From Azolla caroliniana (lineage: Eukaryota > Plantae > Polypodiophyta): a stretch of 64,000 nucleotides of DNA. Under the pieces are notes generated by a model, which was not told where the DNA came from, searched no databases, and worked only from the letters and a program-made list of their open reading frames with translations. Location of the stretch: contig JBHGNT010000012.1 in assembly GCA_043228905.1 (NCBI GenBank), forward strand, positions 9,548,001 through 9,612,000. The letters are read 5' to 3'. How positions within the stretch are numbered: position 1 is the first letter of the stretch; every line of letters begins with the position of its first letter. Below are positions 12,416 through 24,309 of this stretch, piece by piece. The position numbers and the translations under genes were made by a program.

Positions 12416-12495
12416 TGACAACTGTGGGATTTGAACCCACGCCCTCTCGGATTGGAGCCTAAATCCAACGCCTTAGACCACTCGGCCAAATTGTC
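12416..12495 (-). tRNA. trnL-UAG: tRNA-Leu(UAG), variant A
   Basis: Identical to 9284-9363. Confidence 0.9.
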
Positions 12496-12735
12496 ACTGG
12501 GTCGATGACATGAAATCAAATGCGCACTTGATAATGTTTCAGAAGAGTGTTAAAAAAGAGAGTGATATTTTATGTGGTGTTAACGAAACAATGTTAAACA
12601 CATCAATGTGCAATGCAAGCGCTAGGTCGAAGAGAGGACACAATTAAAAAAATTTATGGCTCTCTTTTGAACAAGAATACCGTAGTAGTTATTTGATGAC
12701 ATGTTACGTAATGCCAGATTATTTTAATTCGCTCA

Positions 12736-12815
12736 TGACAATTGTGGGATTTGAACCCACGCCCTTTCGGATTGGAGCCTAAATCCAACACCTTAGACCA
12801 CTCGGCCAAATTGTC
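12736..12815 (-). tRNA. trnL-UAG: tRNA-Leu(UAG), variant B
   Basis: Identical to 10214-10293. Confidence 0.85.
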
Positions 12816-13386
12816 GATGTGTTGATGACATCAACAGAAGTATACCATTCATAAAATTACAAACTAGTGTTAAAAAAGAGAGTTATATTTTAAGTGGTGT
12901 CAATTTCGGTCAAGGGCAACAATGTTTAGAACATCAACGTGCAATACAAGTATTCGGTCGAAGAAAGGACACCTTTACAATTTTCTATCGCCCTCTTTTG
13001 TAGAATAATAATATATTTACTTTTTCATGAAACGTTTGGTAATGCTAAATTTTTTCAATTCTCTAATGACAACAGTAGGATTTGAACCCACGCCCTCTCG
13101 GATTGGAGCCTAAATCCAACGCCTTAGACCACTCGGCCAAATTGTCACTGGGTCGATGACATGAAATCAAATGCGCACTTGATAATGTTTCAGAAGAGTG
13201 TTAAAAAAGAGAGTGATATTTTATGTGGTGTTAACGAAACAATGTTAAACACATCAATGTGCAATGCAAGCGCTAGGTCGAAGAGAGGACACAATTAAAA
13301 AATTTTATGGCTCTCTTTTGAACAAGAATACCGTAGTAGTTATTTGATGACATGTTACGTAATGCCAGATTATTTTAATTCGCTCA

Positions 13387-13466
13387 TGACAATTGTGGGA
13401 TTTGAACCCACGCCCTTTCGGATTGGAGCCTAAATCCAACACCTTAGACCACTCGGCCAAATTGTC
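13387..13466 (-). tRNA. trnL-UAG: tRNA-Leu(UAG), variant B
   Basis: Identical to 10214-10293. Confidence 0.85.
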
Positions 13467-13717
13467 GATGTGTTGATAACATCAAACGAAGCATACCATT
13501 CATAAAATTCGAAAATAGTGTTAAAAAAGCGAGTTATATTTTAAGTGGTGTCAACTTCGGTCAAGGGCAACAATGTTCAGCACATCAACGTGCAATGCAA
13601 GTATTCGGTCGAAGAAAGGACACCTTTACAATTTTTTATCGCTCTTTTTGTAGAATAATAGCATATTCGTTAATTTCATGAAACGTTTGGTAATGCTTAA
13701 TTTTTTCAATTCTCTAA

Positions 13718-13797
13718 TGACAACTGTGGGATTTGAACCCACGCCCTCTCGGATTGGAGCCTAAATCCAACGCCTTAGACCACTCGGCCAAATTGTC
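13718..13797 (-). tRNA. trnL-UAG: tRNA-Leu(UAG), variant A
   Basis: Identical to 9284-9363. Confidence 0.9.
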
Positions 13798-14327
13798 ATT
13801 GACTCGATGACATAAAAAAAAACGCACACTTGATAAAGTTTCAAACGACTATTAAAAAAGAGAGTGATATGTTATGTGGTGTCAATATCGATGCCTCGGC
13901 AACAATGTTAAGCACATCAATGTGCAATGCAAGCACTAGGTCGAAGACAGGACACAATTAACAGATTTTATACCCCTGTTTTGTACAAGAATAAGAATAA
14001 CGTAGTAGTTATTTCATGAAATGTTTTGTAATGCCAGATTATTTTCATTCGCTCATGACCACTCGGCCAAATTGTGGATGTGTTGATGACATCAAACGAA
14101 GCATAGCGTTGATAAAATTGGAAAATCGTGTTAAAAAAGCGAGTTATATTTTAAGTGGTGTCAATTTCGGTCAAGGGCAACAATGTTTAGAACATCAACG
14201 TGCAATGCAAGTATTCGGTCGAAGAAAGGACACCTTTACAATTTTCTATCGCCCTCTTTTGTAGAATAATAATATATTTACTATTTCATGAAACGTTTGG
14301 TAATGCTAAATTTTTTCAATTCTCTAA

Positions 14328-14407
14328 TGACAACTGTGGGATTTGAACCCACGCCCTCTCGGATTGGAGCCTAAATCCAACGCCTTAGACCACTCGGCCA
14401 AATTGTC
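14328..14407 (-). tRNA. trnL-UAG: tRNA-Leu(UAG), variant A
   Basis: Identical to 9284-9363. Confidence 0.9.
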
Positions 14408-14647
14408 ACTGGGTCGATGACATGAAATCAAATGCGCACTTGATAATGTTTCAGAAGAGTGTTAAAAAAGAGAGTGATATTTTATGTGGTGTTAACGAAA
14501 CAATGTTAAACACATCAATGTGCAATGCAAGCGCTAGGTCGAAGAGAGGACACAATTAAAAAAATTTATGGCTCTCTTTTGAACAAGAATACCGTAGTAG
14601 TTATTTGATGACATGTTACGTAATGCCAGATTATTTTAATTCGCTCA

Positions 14648-14727
14648 TGACAATTGTGGGATTTGAACCCACGCCCTTTCGGATTGGAGCCTAAATCCAA
14701 CACCTTAGACCACTCGGCCAAATTGTC
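14648..14727 (-). tRNA. trnL-UAG: tRNA-Leu(UAG), variant B
   Basis: Identical to 10214-10293. Confidence 0.85.
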
Positions 14728-15588
14728 GATGTGTTGATGACATCAACAGAAGTATACCATTCATAAAATTACAAACTAGTGTTAAAAAAGAGAGTTATAT
14801 TTTAATTGGTGTCAATTTCGGTCAAGGGCAACAATATTAAGCACATCAACGTGCAATGCAAGTATTAGGTCGAAGAAAGGACACCTTTACAATTTTTTAT
14901 CGCTCTTTTTGTAGAATAATAGCATATTCGTTAATTTCATGAAACGTTTGGTAATGCTAAATTTTTTCAATTCTCTAATGACAACTGTGGGATTTGAACC
15001 CACGCCCTCTCGGATTGGAGCCTAAATCCAACGCCTTAGACCACTCGGGCAAATTGTCACTGGGTCGATGACATGAAATCAAATGCGCACATGATAATGT
15101 TTCAGAAGAGTGTTAAAAAAGAGAGTGATATTTTATGTGGTGTCAATATCGATGCCTCGGCAACAATGTTAAGCACATCAATGTGCAATGCAAGCACTAG
15201 GTCGAAGATAGGACACAATTAACAGATTTTATACCCCTGTTTTGTACAAGAATAAGAATAACGTAGTAGTTATTTCATGAAATGTTTTGTAATGCCAGAT
15301 TATTTTCATTCGCTCATGAACACTCGGCCAAATTGTGGATGTGTTGATGACATCAAACGAAGCATAGCATTGATAAAATTGGAAAATCGTGTTAAAAAAG
15401 CGAGTTATATTTTAAGTGGTGTCAATTTCGGTCAAGGGCAACAATATTAAGCACATCAACGTGCAATGCAAGTATTCGGTCGAAGAAAGGACACCTTTAC
15501 AATTTTTTATCGCTCTTTTTGTAGAATAATAGCATATTCGTTAATTTCATGAAACGTTTGGTAATGCTAAATTTTTTCAATTCTCTAA

Positions 15589-15668
15589 TGACAACTGTGG
15601 GATTTGAACCCACGCCCTCTCGGATTGGAGCCTAAATCCAACGCCTTAGACCACTCGGCCAAATTGTC
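15589..15668 (-). tRNA. trnL-UAG: tRNA-Leu(UAG), variant A
   Basis: Identical to 9284-9363. Confidence 0.9.
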
Positions 15669-15908
15669 ACTGGGTCGATGACATGAAATCAAATGCGCAC
15701 TTGATAATGTTTCAGAAGAGTGTTAAAAAAGAGAGTGATATTTTATGTGGTGTTAACGAAACAATGTTAAACACATCAATGTGCAATGCAAGCGCTAGGT
15801 CGAAGAGAGGACACAATTAAAAAAATTTATGGCTCTCTTTTGAACAAGAATACCGTAGTAGTTATTTGATGACATGTTACGTAATGCCAGATTATTTTAA
15901 TTCGCTCA

Positions 15909-15988
15909 TGACAATTGTGGGATTTGAACCCACGCCCTTTCGGATTGGAGCCTAAATCCAACACCTTAGACCACTCGGCCAAATTGTC
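15909..15988 (-). tRNA. trnL-UAG: tRNA-Leu(UAG), variant B
   Basis: Identical to 10214-10293. Confidence 0.85.
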
Positions 15989-16239
15989 GATGTGTTGATG
16001 ACATCAACAGAAGTATACCATTCATAAAATTACAAACTAGTGTTAAAAAAGAGAGTTATATTTTAATTGGTGTCAATTTCGGTCAAGGGCAACAATATTA
16101 AGCACATCAACGTGCAATGCAAGTATTAGGTCGAAGAAAGGACACCTTTACAATTTTTTATCGCTCTTTTTGTAGAATAATAGCATATTCGTTAATTTCA
16201 TGAAACGTTTGGTAATGCTAAATTTTTTCAATTCTCTAA

Positions 16240-16319
16240 TGACAACTGTGGGATTTGAACCCACGCCCTCTCGGATTGGAGCCTAAATACAATGCCTTAG
16301 ACCACTCGGCCAAATTGTC
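16240..16319 (-). pseudogene. tRNA-Leu(UAG) copy with anticodon-stem mismatch (twins at 17501-17580, 18762-18841)
   Basis: GGCATTGTA-TTTAGGC-TCCAA. Confidence 0.65.
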
Positions 16320-16849
16320 ATTGACTCGATGACATAAAAAAAAACGCACACTTGATAATGTTTCAGAAGAGTGTTAAAAAAGAGAGTGATATTTTATGTG
16401 GTGTCAATATCGATGCCTCGGCAACAATGTTAAGCACATCAATGTGCAATGCAAGCACTAGGTCGAAGATAGGACACAATTAACAGATTTTATACCCCTG
16501 TTTTGTACAAGAATAAGAATAACGTAGTAGTTATTTCATGAAATGTTTTGTAATGCCAGATTATTTTCATTCGCTCATGAACACTCGGCCAAATTGTGGA
16601 TGTGTTGATGACATCAAACGAAGCATAGCATTGATAAAATTGGAAAATCGTGTTAAAAAAGCGAGTTATATTTTAAGTGGTGTCAATTTCGGTCAAGGGC
16701 AACAATATTAAGCACATCAACGTGCAATGCAAGTATTCGGTCGAAGAAAGGACACCTTTACAATTTTTTATCGCTCTTTTTGTAGAATAATAGCATATTC
16801 GTTAATTTCATGAAACGTTTGGTAATGCTAAATTTTTTCAATTCTCTAA

Positions 16850-16929
16850 TGACAACTGTGGGATTTGAACCCACGCCCTCTCGGATTGGAGCCTAAATCC
16901 AACGCCTTAGACCACTCGGCCAAATTGTC
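16850..16929 (-). tRNA. trnL-UAG: tRNA-Leu(UAG), variant A
   Basis: Identical to 9284-9363. Confidence 0.9.
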
Positions 16930-17169
16930 ACTGGGTCGATGACATGAAATCAAATGCGCACTTGATAATGTTTCAGAAGAGTGTTAAAAAAGAGAGTGAT
17001 ATTTTATGTGGTGTTAACGAAACAATGTTAAACACATCAATGTGCAATGCAAGCGCTAGGTCGAAGAGAGGACACAATTAAAAAAATTTATGGCTCTCTT
17101 TTGAACAAGAATACCGTAGTAGTTATTTGATGACATGTTACGTAATGCCAGATTATTTTAATTCGCTCA

Positions 17170-17249
17170 TGACAATTGTGGGATTTGAACCCACGCCCTT
17201 TCGGATTGGAGCCTAAATCCAACACCTTAGACCACTCGGCCAAATTGTC
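17170..17249 (-). tRNA. trnL-UAG: tRNA-Leu(UAG), variant B
   Basis: Identical to 10214-10293. Confidence 0.85.
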
Positions 17250-18110
17250 GATGTGTTGATGACATCAACAGAAGTATACCATTCATAAAATTACAAACTA
17301 GTGTTAAAAAAGAGAGTTATATTTTAATTGGTGTCAATTTCGGTCAAGGGCAACAATATTAAGCACATCAACGTGCAATGCAAGTATTAGGTCGAAGAAA
17401 GGACACCTTTACAATTTTTTATCGCTCTTTTTGTAGAATAATAGCATATTCGTTAATTTCATGAAACGTTTGGTAATGCTAAATTTTTTCAATTCTCTAA
17501 TGACAACTGTGGGATTTGAACCCACGCCCTCTCGGATTGGAGCCTAAATACAATGCCTTAGACCACTCGGCCAAATTGTCATTGACTCGATGACATAAAA
17601 AAAAACGCACACTTGATAATGTTTCAGAAGAGTGTTAAAAAAGAGAGTGATATTTTATGTGGTGTCAATATCGATGCCTCGGCAACAATGTTAAGCACAT
17701 CAATGTGCAATGCAAGCACTAGGTCGAAGATAGGACACAATTAACAGATTTTATACCCCTGTTTTGTACAAGAATAAGAATAACGTAGTAGTTATTTCAT
17801 GAAATGTTTTGTAATGCCAGATTATTTTCATTCGCTCATGAACACTCGGCCAAATTGTGGATGTGTTGATGACATCAAACGAAGCATAGCATTGATAAAA
17901 TTGGAAAATCGTGTTAAAAAAGCGAGTTATATTTTAAGTGGTGTCAATTTCGGTCAAGGGCAACAATATTAAGCACATCAACGTGCAATGCAAGTATTCG
18001 GTCGAAGAAAGGACACCTTTACAATTTTTTATCGCTCTTTTTGTAGAATAATAGCATATTCGTTAATTTCATGAAACGTTTGGTAATGCTAAATTTTTTC
18101 AATTCTCTAA

Positions 18111-18190
18111 TGACAACTGTGGGATTTGAACCCACGCCCTCTCGGATTGGAGCCTAAATCCAACGCCTTAGACCACTCGGCCAAATTGTC
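18111..18190 (-). tRNA. trnL-UAG: tRNA-Leu(UAG), variant A
   Basis: Identical to 9284-9363. Confidence 0.9.
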
Positions 18191-18430
18191 ACTGGGTCGA
18201 TGACATGAAATCAAATGCGCACTTGATAATGTTTCAGAAGAGTGTTAAAAAAGAGAGTGATATTTTATGTGGTGTTAACGAAACAATGTTAAACACATCA
18301 ATGTGCAATGCAAGCGCTAGGTCGAAGAGAGGACACAATTAAAAAAATTTATGGCTCTCTTTTGAACAAGAATACCGTAGTAGTTATTTGATGACATGTT
18401 ACGTAATGCCAGATTATTTTAATTCGCTCA

Positions 18431-18510
18431 TGACAATTGTGGGATTTGAACCCACGCCCTTTCGGATTGGAGCCTAAATCCAACACCTTAGACCACTCGG
18501 CCAAATTGTC
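18431..18510 (-). tRNA. trnL-UAG: tRNA-Leu(UAG), variant B
   Basis: Identical to 10214-10293. Confidence 0.85.
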
Positions 18511-19371
18511 GATGTGTTGATGACATCAACAGAAGTATACCATTCATAAAATTACAAACTAGTGTTAAAAAAGAGAGTTATATTTTAATTGGTGTCAATT
18601 TCGGTCAAGGGCAACAATATTAAGCACATCAACGTGCAATGCAAGTATTAGGTCGAAGAAAGGACACCTTTACAATTTTTTATCGCTCTTTTTGTAGAAT
18701 AATAGCATATTCGTTAATTTCATGAAACGTTTGGTAATGCTAAATTTTTTCAATTCTCTAATGACAACTGTGGGATTTGAACCCACGCCCTCTCGGATTG
18801 GAGCCTAAATACAATGCCTTAGACCACTCGGCCAAATTGTCATTGACTCGATGACATAAAAAAAAACGCACACTTGATAATGTTTCAGAAGAGTGTTAAA
18901 AAAGAGAGTGATATTTTATGTGGTGTCAATATCGATGCCTCGGCAACAATGTTAAGCACATCAATGTGCAATGCAAGCACTAGGTCGAAGATAGGACACA
19001 ATTAACAGATTTTATACCCCTGTTTTGTACAAGAATAAGAATAACGTAGTAGTTATTTCATGAAATGTTTTGTAATGCCAGATTATTTTCATTCGCTCAT
19101 GAACACTCGGCCAAATTGTGGATGTGTTGATGACATCAAACGAAGCATAGCATTGATAAAATTGGAAAATCGTGTTAAAAAAGCGAGTTATATTTTAAGT
19201 GGTGTCAATTTCGGTCAAGGGCAACAATATTAAGCACATCAACGTGCAATGCAAGTATTCGGTCGAAGAAAGGACACCTTTACAATTTTTTATCGCTCTT
19301 TTTGTAGAATAATAGCATATTCGTTAATTTCATGAAACGTTTGGTAATGCTAAATTTTTTCAATTCTCTAA

Positions 19372-19451
19372 TGACAACTGTGGGATTTGAACCCACGCCC
19401 TCTCGGATTGGAGCCTAAATCCAACGCCTTAGACCACTCGGCCAAATTGTC
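19372..19451 (-). tRNA. trnL-UAG: tRNA-Leu(UAG), variant A
   Basis: Identical to 9284-9363. Confidence 0.9.
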
Positions 19452-19691
19452 ACTGGGTCGATGACATGAAATCAAATGCGCACTTGATAATGTTTCAGAA
19501 GAGTGTTAAAAAAGAGAGTGATATTTTATGTGGTGTTAACGAAACAATGTTAAACACATCAATGTGCAATGCAAGCGCTAGGTCGAAGAGAGGACACAAT
19601 TAAAAAAATTTATGGCTCTCTTTTGAACAAGAATACCGTAGTAGTTATTTGATGACATGTTACGTAATGCCAGATTATTTTAATTCGCTCA

Positions 19692-19771
19692 TGACAATTG
19701 TGGGATTTGAACCCACGCCCTTTCGGATTGGAGCCTAAATCCAACACCTTAGACCACTCGGCCAAATTGTC
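19692..19771 (-). tRNA. trnL-UAG: tRNA-Leu(UAG), variant B
   Basis: Identical to 10214-10293. Confidence 0.85.
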
Positions 19772-20022
19772 GATGTGTTGATGACATCAACAGAAGTATA
19801 CCATTCATAAAATTACAAACTAGTGTTAAAAAAGAGAGTTATATTTTAATTGGTGTCAATTTCGGTCAAGGGCAACAATATTAAGCACATCAACGTGCAA
19901 TGCAAGTATTAGGTCGAAGAAAGGACACCTTTACAATTTTTTATCGCTCTTTTTGTAGAATAATAGCATATTCGTTAATTTCATGAAACGTTTGGTAATG
20001 CTAAATTTTTTCAATTCTCTAA

Positions 20023-20102
20023 TGACAACTGTGGGATTTGAACCCACGCCCTCTCGGATTGGAGCCTAAATCCAACGCCTTAGACCACTCGGCCAAATTG
20101 TC
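20023..20102 (-). tRNA. trnL-UAG: tRNA-Leu(UAG), variant A
   Basis: Identical to 9284-9363. Confidence 0.9.
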
Positions 20103-20342
20103 ACTGGGTCGATGACATGAAATCAAATGCGCACTTGATAATGTTTCAGAAGAGTGTTAAAAAAGAGAGTGATATTTTATGTGGTGTTAACGAAACAATG
20201 TTAAACACATCAATGTGCAATGCAAGCGCTAGGTCGAAGAGAGGACACAATTAAAAAAATTTATGGCTCTCTTTTGAACAAGAATACCGTAGTAGTTATT
20301 TGATGACATGTTACGTAATGCCAGATTATTTTAATTCGCTCA

Positions 20343-20422
20343 TGACAATTGTGGGATTTGAACCCACGCCCTTTCGGATTGGAGCCTAAATCCAACACCT
20401 TAGACCACTCGGCCAAATTGTC
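20343..20422 (-). tRNA. trnL-UAG: tRNA-Leu(UAG), variant B
   Basis: Identical to 10214-10293. Confidence 0.85.
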
Positions 20423-20673
20423 AATGTGTTGATGACATCAACAGAAGTATACCATTCATAAAATTACAAACTAGTGTTAAAAAAGAGAGTTATATTTTAA
20501 TTGGTGTCAATTTCGGTCAAGGGCAACAATATTAAGCACATCAACGTGCAATGCAAGTATTAGGTCGAAGAAAGGACACCTTTACAATTTTTTATCGCTC
20601 TTTTTGTAGAATAATAGCATATTCGTTAATTTCATGAAACGTTTGGTAATGCTAAATTTTTTCAATTCTCTAA

Positions 20674-20753
20674 TGACAACTGTGGGATTTGAACCCACGC
20701 CCTCTCGGATTGGAGCCTAAATCCAACGCCTTAGACCACTCGGCCAAATTGTC
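20674..20753 (-). tRNA. trnL-UAG: tRNA-Leu(UAG), variant A
   Basis: Identical to 9284-9363. Confidence 0.9.
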
Positions 20754-20993
20754 ACTGGGTCGATGACATGAAATCAAATGCGCACTTGATAATGTTTCAG
20801 AAGAGTGTTAAAAAAGAGAGTGATATTTTATGTGGTGTTAACGAAACAATGTTAAACACATCAATGTGCAATGCAAGCGCTAGGTCGAAGAGAGGACACA
20901 ATTAAAAAAATTTATGGCTCTCTTTTGAACAAGAATACCGTAGTAGTTATTTGATGACATGTTACGTAATGCCAGATTATTTTAATTCGCTCA

Positions 20994-21073
20994 TGACAAT
21001 TGTGGGATTTGAACCCACGCCCTTTCGGATTGGAGCCTAAATCCAACACCTTAGACCACTCGGCCAAATTGTC
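20994..21073 (-). tRNA. trnL-UAG: tRNA-Leu(UAG), variant B
   Basis: Identical to 10214-10293. Confidence 0.85.
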
Positions 21074-21324
21074 GATGTGTTGATGACATCAACAGAAGTA
21101 TACCATTCATAAAATTGGAAAATAGTGTTAAAAAAGCGAGTTATATTTTAAGTGGTGTCAACTTCGGTCAAGGGCAACAATGTTCAGCACATCAACGTGC
21201 AATGCAAGTATTCGGTCGAAGAAAGGACACCTTTACAATTTTTTATCGCTCTTTTTGTAGAATAATAGCATATTCGTTAATTTCATGAAACGTTTGGTAA
21301 TGCTAAATTTTTTCAATTCTCTAA

Positions 21325-21404
21325 TGACAACTGTGGGATTTGAACCCACGCCCTCTCGGATTGGAGCCTAAATCCAACGCCTTAGACCACTCGGCCAAAT
21401 TGTC
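21325..21404 (-). tRNA. trnL-UAG: tRNA-Leu(UAG), variant A
   Basis: Identical to 9284-9363. Confidence 0.9.
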
Positions 21405-21934
21405 ACTGGGTCGATGACATGAAATCAAATGCGCACTTGATAATGTTTCAGAAGAGTGTTAAAAAAGAGAGTGATATTTTATGTGGTGTCAATATCGATG
21501 CCTCGGCAACAATGTTAAGCACATCAATGTGCAATGCAAGCACTAGGTCGAAGATAGGACACAATTAACAGATTTTATACCCCTGTTTTGTACAAGAATA
21601 AGAATAATGTAGTAGTTATTTCATGAAATGTTTTGTAATGCCAGATTATTTTCATTCGCTCATGAACACTCGGCCAAATTGTGGATGTGTTGATGACATC
21701 AAACGAAGCATAGCATTGATAAAATTGGAAAATCGTGTTAAAAAAGCGAGTTATATTTTAAGTGGTGTCAATTTCGGTCAAGGGCAACAATATTAAGCAC
21801 ATCAACGTGCAATGCAAGTATTCGGTCGAAGAAAGGACACCTTTACAATTTTTTATCGCTCTTTTTGTAGAATAATAGCATATTCGTTAATTTCATGAAA
21901 CGTTTGGTAATGCTAAATTTTTTCAATTCTCTAA

Positions 21935-22014
21935 TGACAACTGTGGGATTTGAACCCACGCCCTCTCGGATTGGAGCCTAAATCCAACGCCTTAGACCAC
22001 TCGGCCAAATTGTC
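21935..22014 (-). tRNA. trnL-UAG: tRNA-Leu(UAG), variant A
   Basis: Identical to 9284-9363. Confidence 0.9.
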
Positions 22015-22254
22015 ACTGGGTCGATGACATGAAATCAAATGCGCACTTGATAATGTTTCAGAAGAGTGTTAAAAAAGAGAGTGATATTTTATGTGGTGTT
22101 AACGAAACAATGTTAAACACATCAATGTGCAATGCAAGCGCTAGGTCGAAGAGAGGACACAATTAAAAAAATTTATGGCTCTCTTTTGAACAAGAATACC
22201 GTAGTAGTTATTTGATGACATGTTACGTAATGCCAGATTATTTTAATTCGCTCA

Positions 22255-22334
22255 TGACAATTGTGGGATTTGAACCCACGCCCTTTCGGATTGGAGCCTA
22301 AATCCAACACCTTAGACCACTCGGCCAAATTGTC
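22255..22334 (-). tRNA. trnL-UAG: tRNA-Leu(UAG), variant B
   Basis: Identical to 10214-10293. Confidence 0.85.
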
Positions 22335-22585
22335 GATGTGTTGATGACATCAACAGAAGTATACCATTCATAAAATTGGAAAATAGTGTTAAAAAAGCGA
22401 GTTATATTTTAAGTGGTGTCAACTTCGGTCAAGGGCAACAATGTTCAGCACATCAACGTGCAATGCAAGTATTCGGTCGAAGAAAGGACACCTTTACAAT
22501 TTTTTATCGCTCTTTTTGTAGAATAATAGCATATTCGTTAATTTCATGAAACGTTTGGTAATGCTAAATTTTTTCAATTCTCTAA

Positions 22586-22665
22586 TGACAACTGTGGGAT
22601 TTGAACCCACGCCCTCTCGGATTGGAGCCTAAATCCAACGCCTTAGACCACTCGGCCAAATTGTC
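22586..22665 (-). tRNA. trnL-UAG: tRNA-Leu(UAG), variant A
   Basis: Identical to 9284-9363. Confidence 0.9.
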
Positions 22666-24237
22666 ATTGACTCGATGACATAAAAAAAAACGCACACTTG
22701 ATAAAGTTTCAAACGACTATTAAAAAAGAGAGTGATATGTAATGTGGTGTCAATATCGATGCCTCGGCAACAATGTTAAGCACATCAATGTGCAATGCAA
22801 GCACTAGGTCGAAGATAGGACACAATTAACAGATTTTATACCCCTGTTTTGTACAAGAATAAGAATAACGTAGTAGTTATTTCATGAAATGGTTGGTAAT
22901 GCCAGATTATTTTCATTCGCTTATGACCACTCGGCCAAATTGTCGATGTGTTGATGTCATCAAACGAAGCATAGCATTGATAAAATTGGAAAATCGTGTT
23001 AAAAAAGCGAGTTATATTTTAAGTGGTGTCAATTTCGGTCAAGAGCAACAATGTTTAGCACATCAACGTGCAATGCAAGTATTCGGTCGAAGAAAGGACA
23101 CCTTTACAATTTTCTATCGCCCTCTTTTGTAGAATAATAATATATTTACTATTTCATGAAACGTTTGGTAATGCTAAATTTTTTCAATTCTCTAATGACA
23201 ACTATGGGATTTGAACCCATGCCCTCTCGAATTGGATCCTAAATCCAACGCCTTAGACCACTCAGCCAAATTTTCATTGAGTTGATGACATTGAAACAAA
23301 TGCACACTTGATAATGTTTCGAAAGAGTGTTAAAAAAGAGAGTGATATTTTATGTGGTGTCAATTTAGGTGTGTGGGCAACAATGTTAAATACATCAATG
23401 TGCAATGCAAGCATTAGGTCGAAGATAGGACACATTAGGATTTGAGATAGGAAGTTGGTTGTAAAAACCAAAAACCATAATAATTTAATTTCACCAAAAA
23501 ACTACGACCAACCATCCCCAACAAATGTTCCTTTTAAATGTTTGTCCCAACCAAGATTGTTTACAATTGAAAAGCATTTAATGGTTGTACTTTAGTGGTT
23601 AGAAGTCCACGTTATGGTCATGGAGACCTAAGCTCTACAAACAATGAGCTTGGCATTATACATTGTTATTGGAGGGCCTTGACCTATATTACGTATCGAA
23701 TGTGTACATGGATTTGTGTTTGCAAATGCAAACAACCATAATAATTAATTTCAGCAATAAAATCGACTAAGTGGTTAATGTCAACGTCGTCGCAGTGGAG
23801 AATTGCGCATGAATCCCAATCAAGGCCCTGAAATTCACTGTACATTCACGTGCGAAAATTGTTATATTTTGAATTCGGTAGGGCCTAAAGTTGGCATATC
23901 CTTAGTTATCATTTTCCCAATTGCAAAATGTTCTGACGAGTGCAATCATGGCGTGTATTTCATATAGAATGTGCACATGTATTTGTCCATGGCTTTATCA
24001 AGACTTGCGTCATATGTCATATAGATTGTGTACATGAATTTATTCACGCCACATAGGAAGTCAAGTCTTAGTTATTAGAATTCCATATTTATGGACGCCT
24101 TTATCGACACTGTCCTAATATGTTATATAGGGTGTGGCTATGAATTTATGCATGCAACATGGGAAGTTAGTACTTAATGGTTACACCTCCATGTTGCGGT
24201 TGTGAAGACTTTGTTTCAATTTGGCAACACAAACTCC

Positions 24238-24309
24238 GTGGTTGTAGTTTAGTGTCTAAAATTTCACGTTGTGGCTGTGGAGACTTGGGGTCGAATCCCA
24301 ACAACCACC
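24238..24309 (+). pseudogene. trnH-GUG: tRNA-His(GUG) pseudogene
   Basis: GTGGTTGTAGTTTAGTGTCTAAAATTTCACGTTGTGGCTGTGGAGACTTGGGGTCGAATCCCAACAACCAC resembles plant cytosolic tRNA-His; D-loop GG lost. Confidence 0.8.

Larger units (their letters stand above)
8431..23437 (-). repeat. Homogeneous tandem array of tRNA-Leu(UAG) genes with a 1261-bp higher-order repeat
   Basis: 35 full-length copies (9284-23275) and 11 copies with a 59-bp deletion; unit spacings 338/272/320/331 bp; also 651-bp and 3173-bp periods. Confidence 0.97.

Noticed and set aside
8972-23132. Repeated 82-91-aa ORFs MKC(F/L)VMPDYFHSLMTTRPNC...
   Set aside because: They are opened by the 59-bp tRNA deletion on the antisense strand, are broken in sister units and show no protein features
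9284-23275. CRISPR-like repeat-spacer appearance
   Set aside because: The repeats are 80-nt tRNAs, the spacers are themselves repeated, no cas genes are present and the context is eukaryotic
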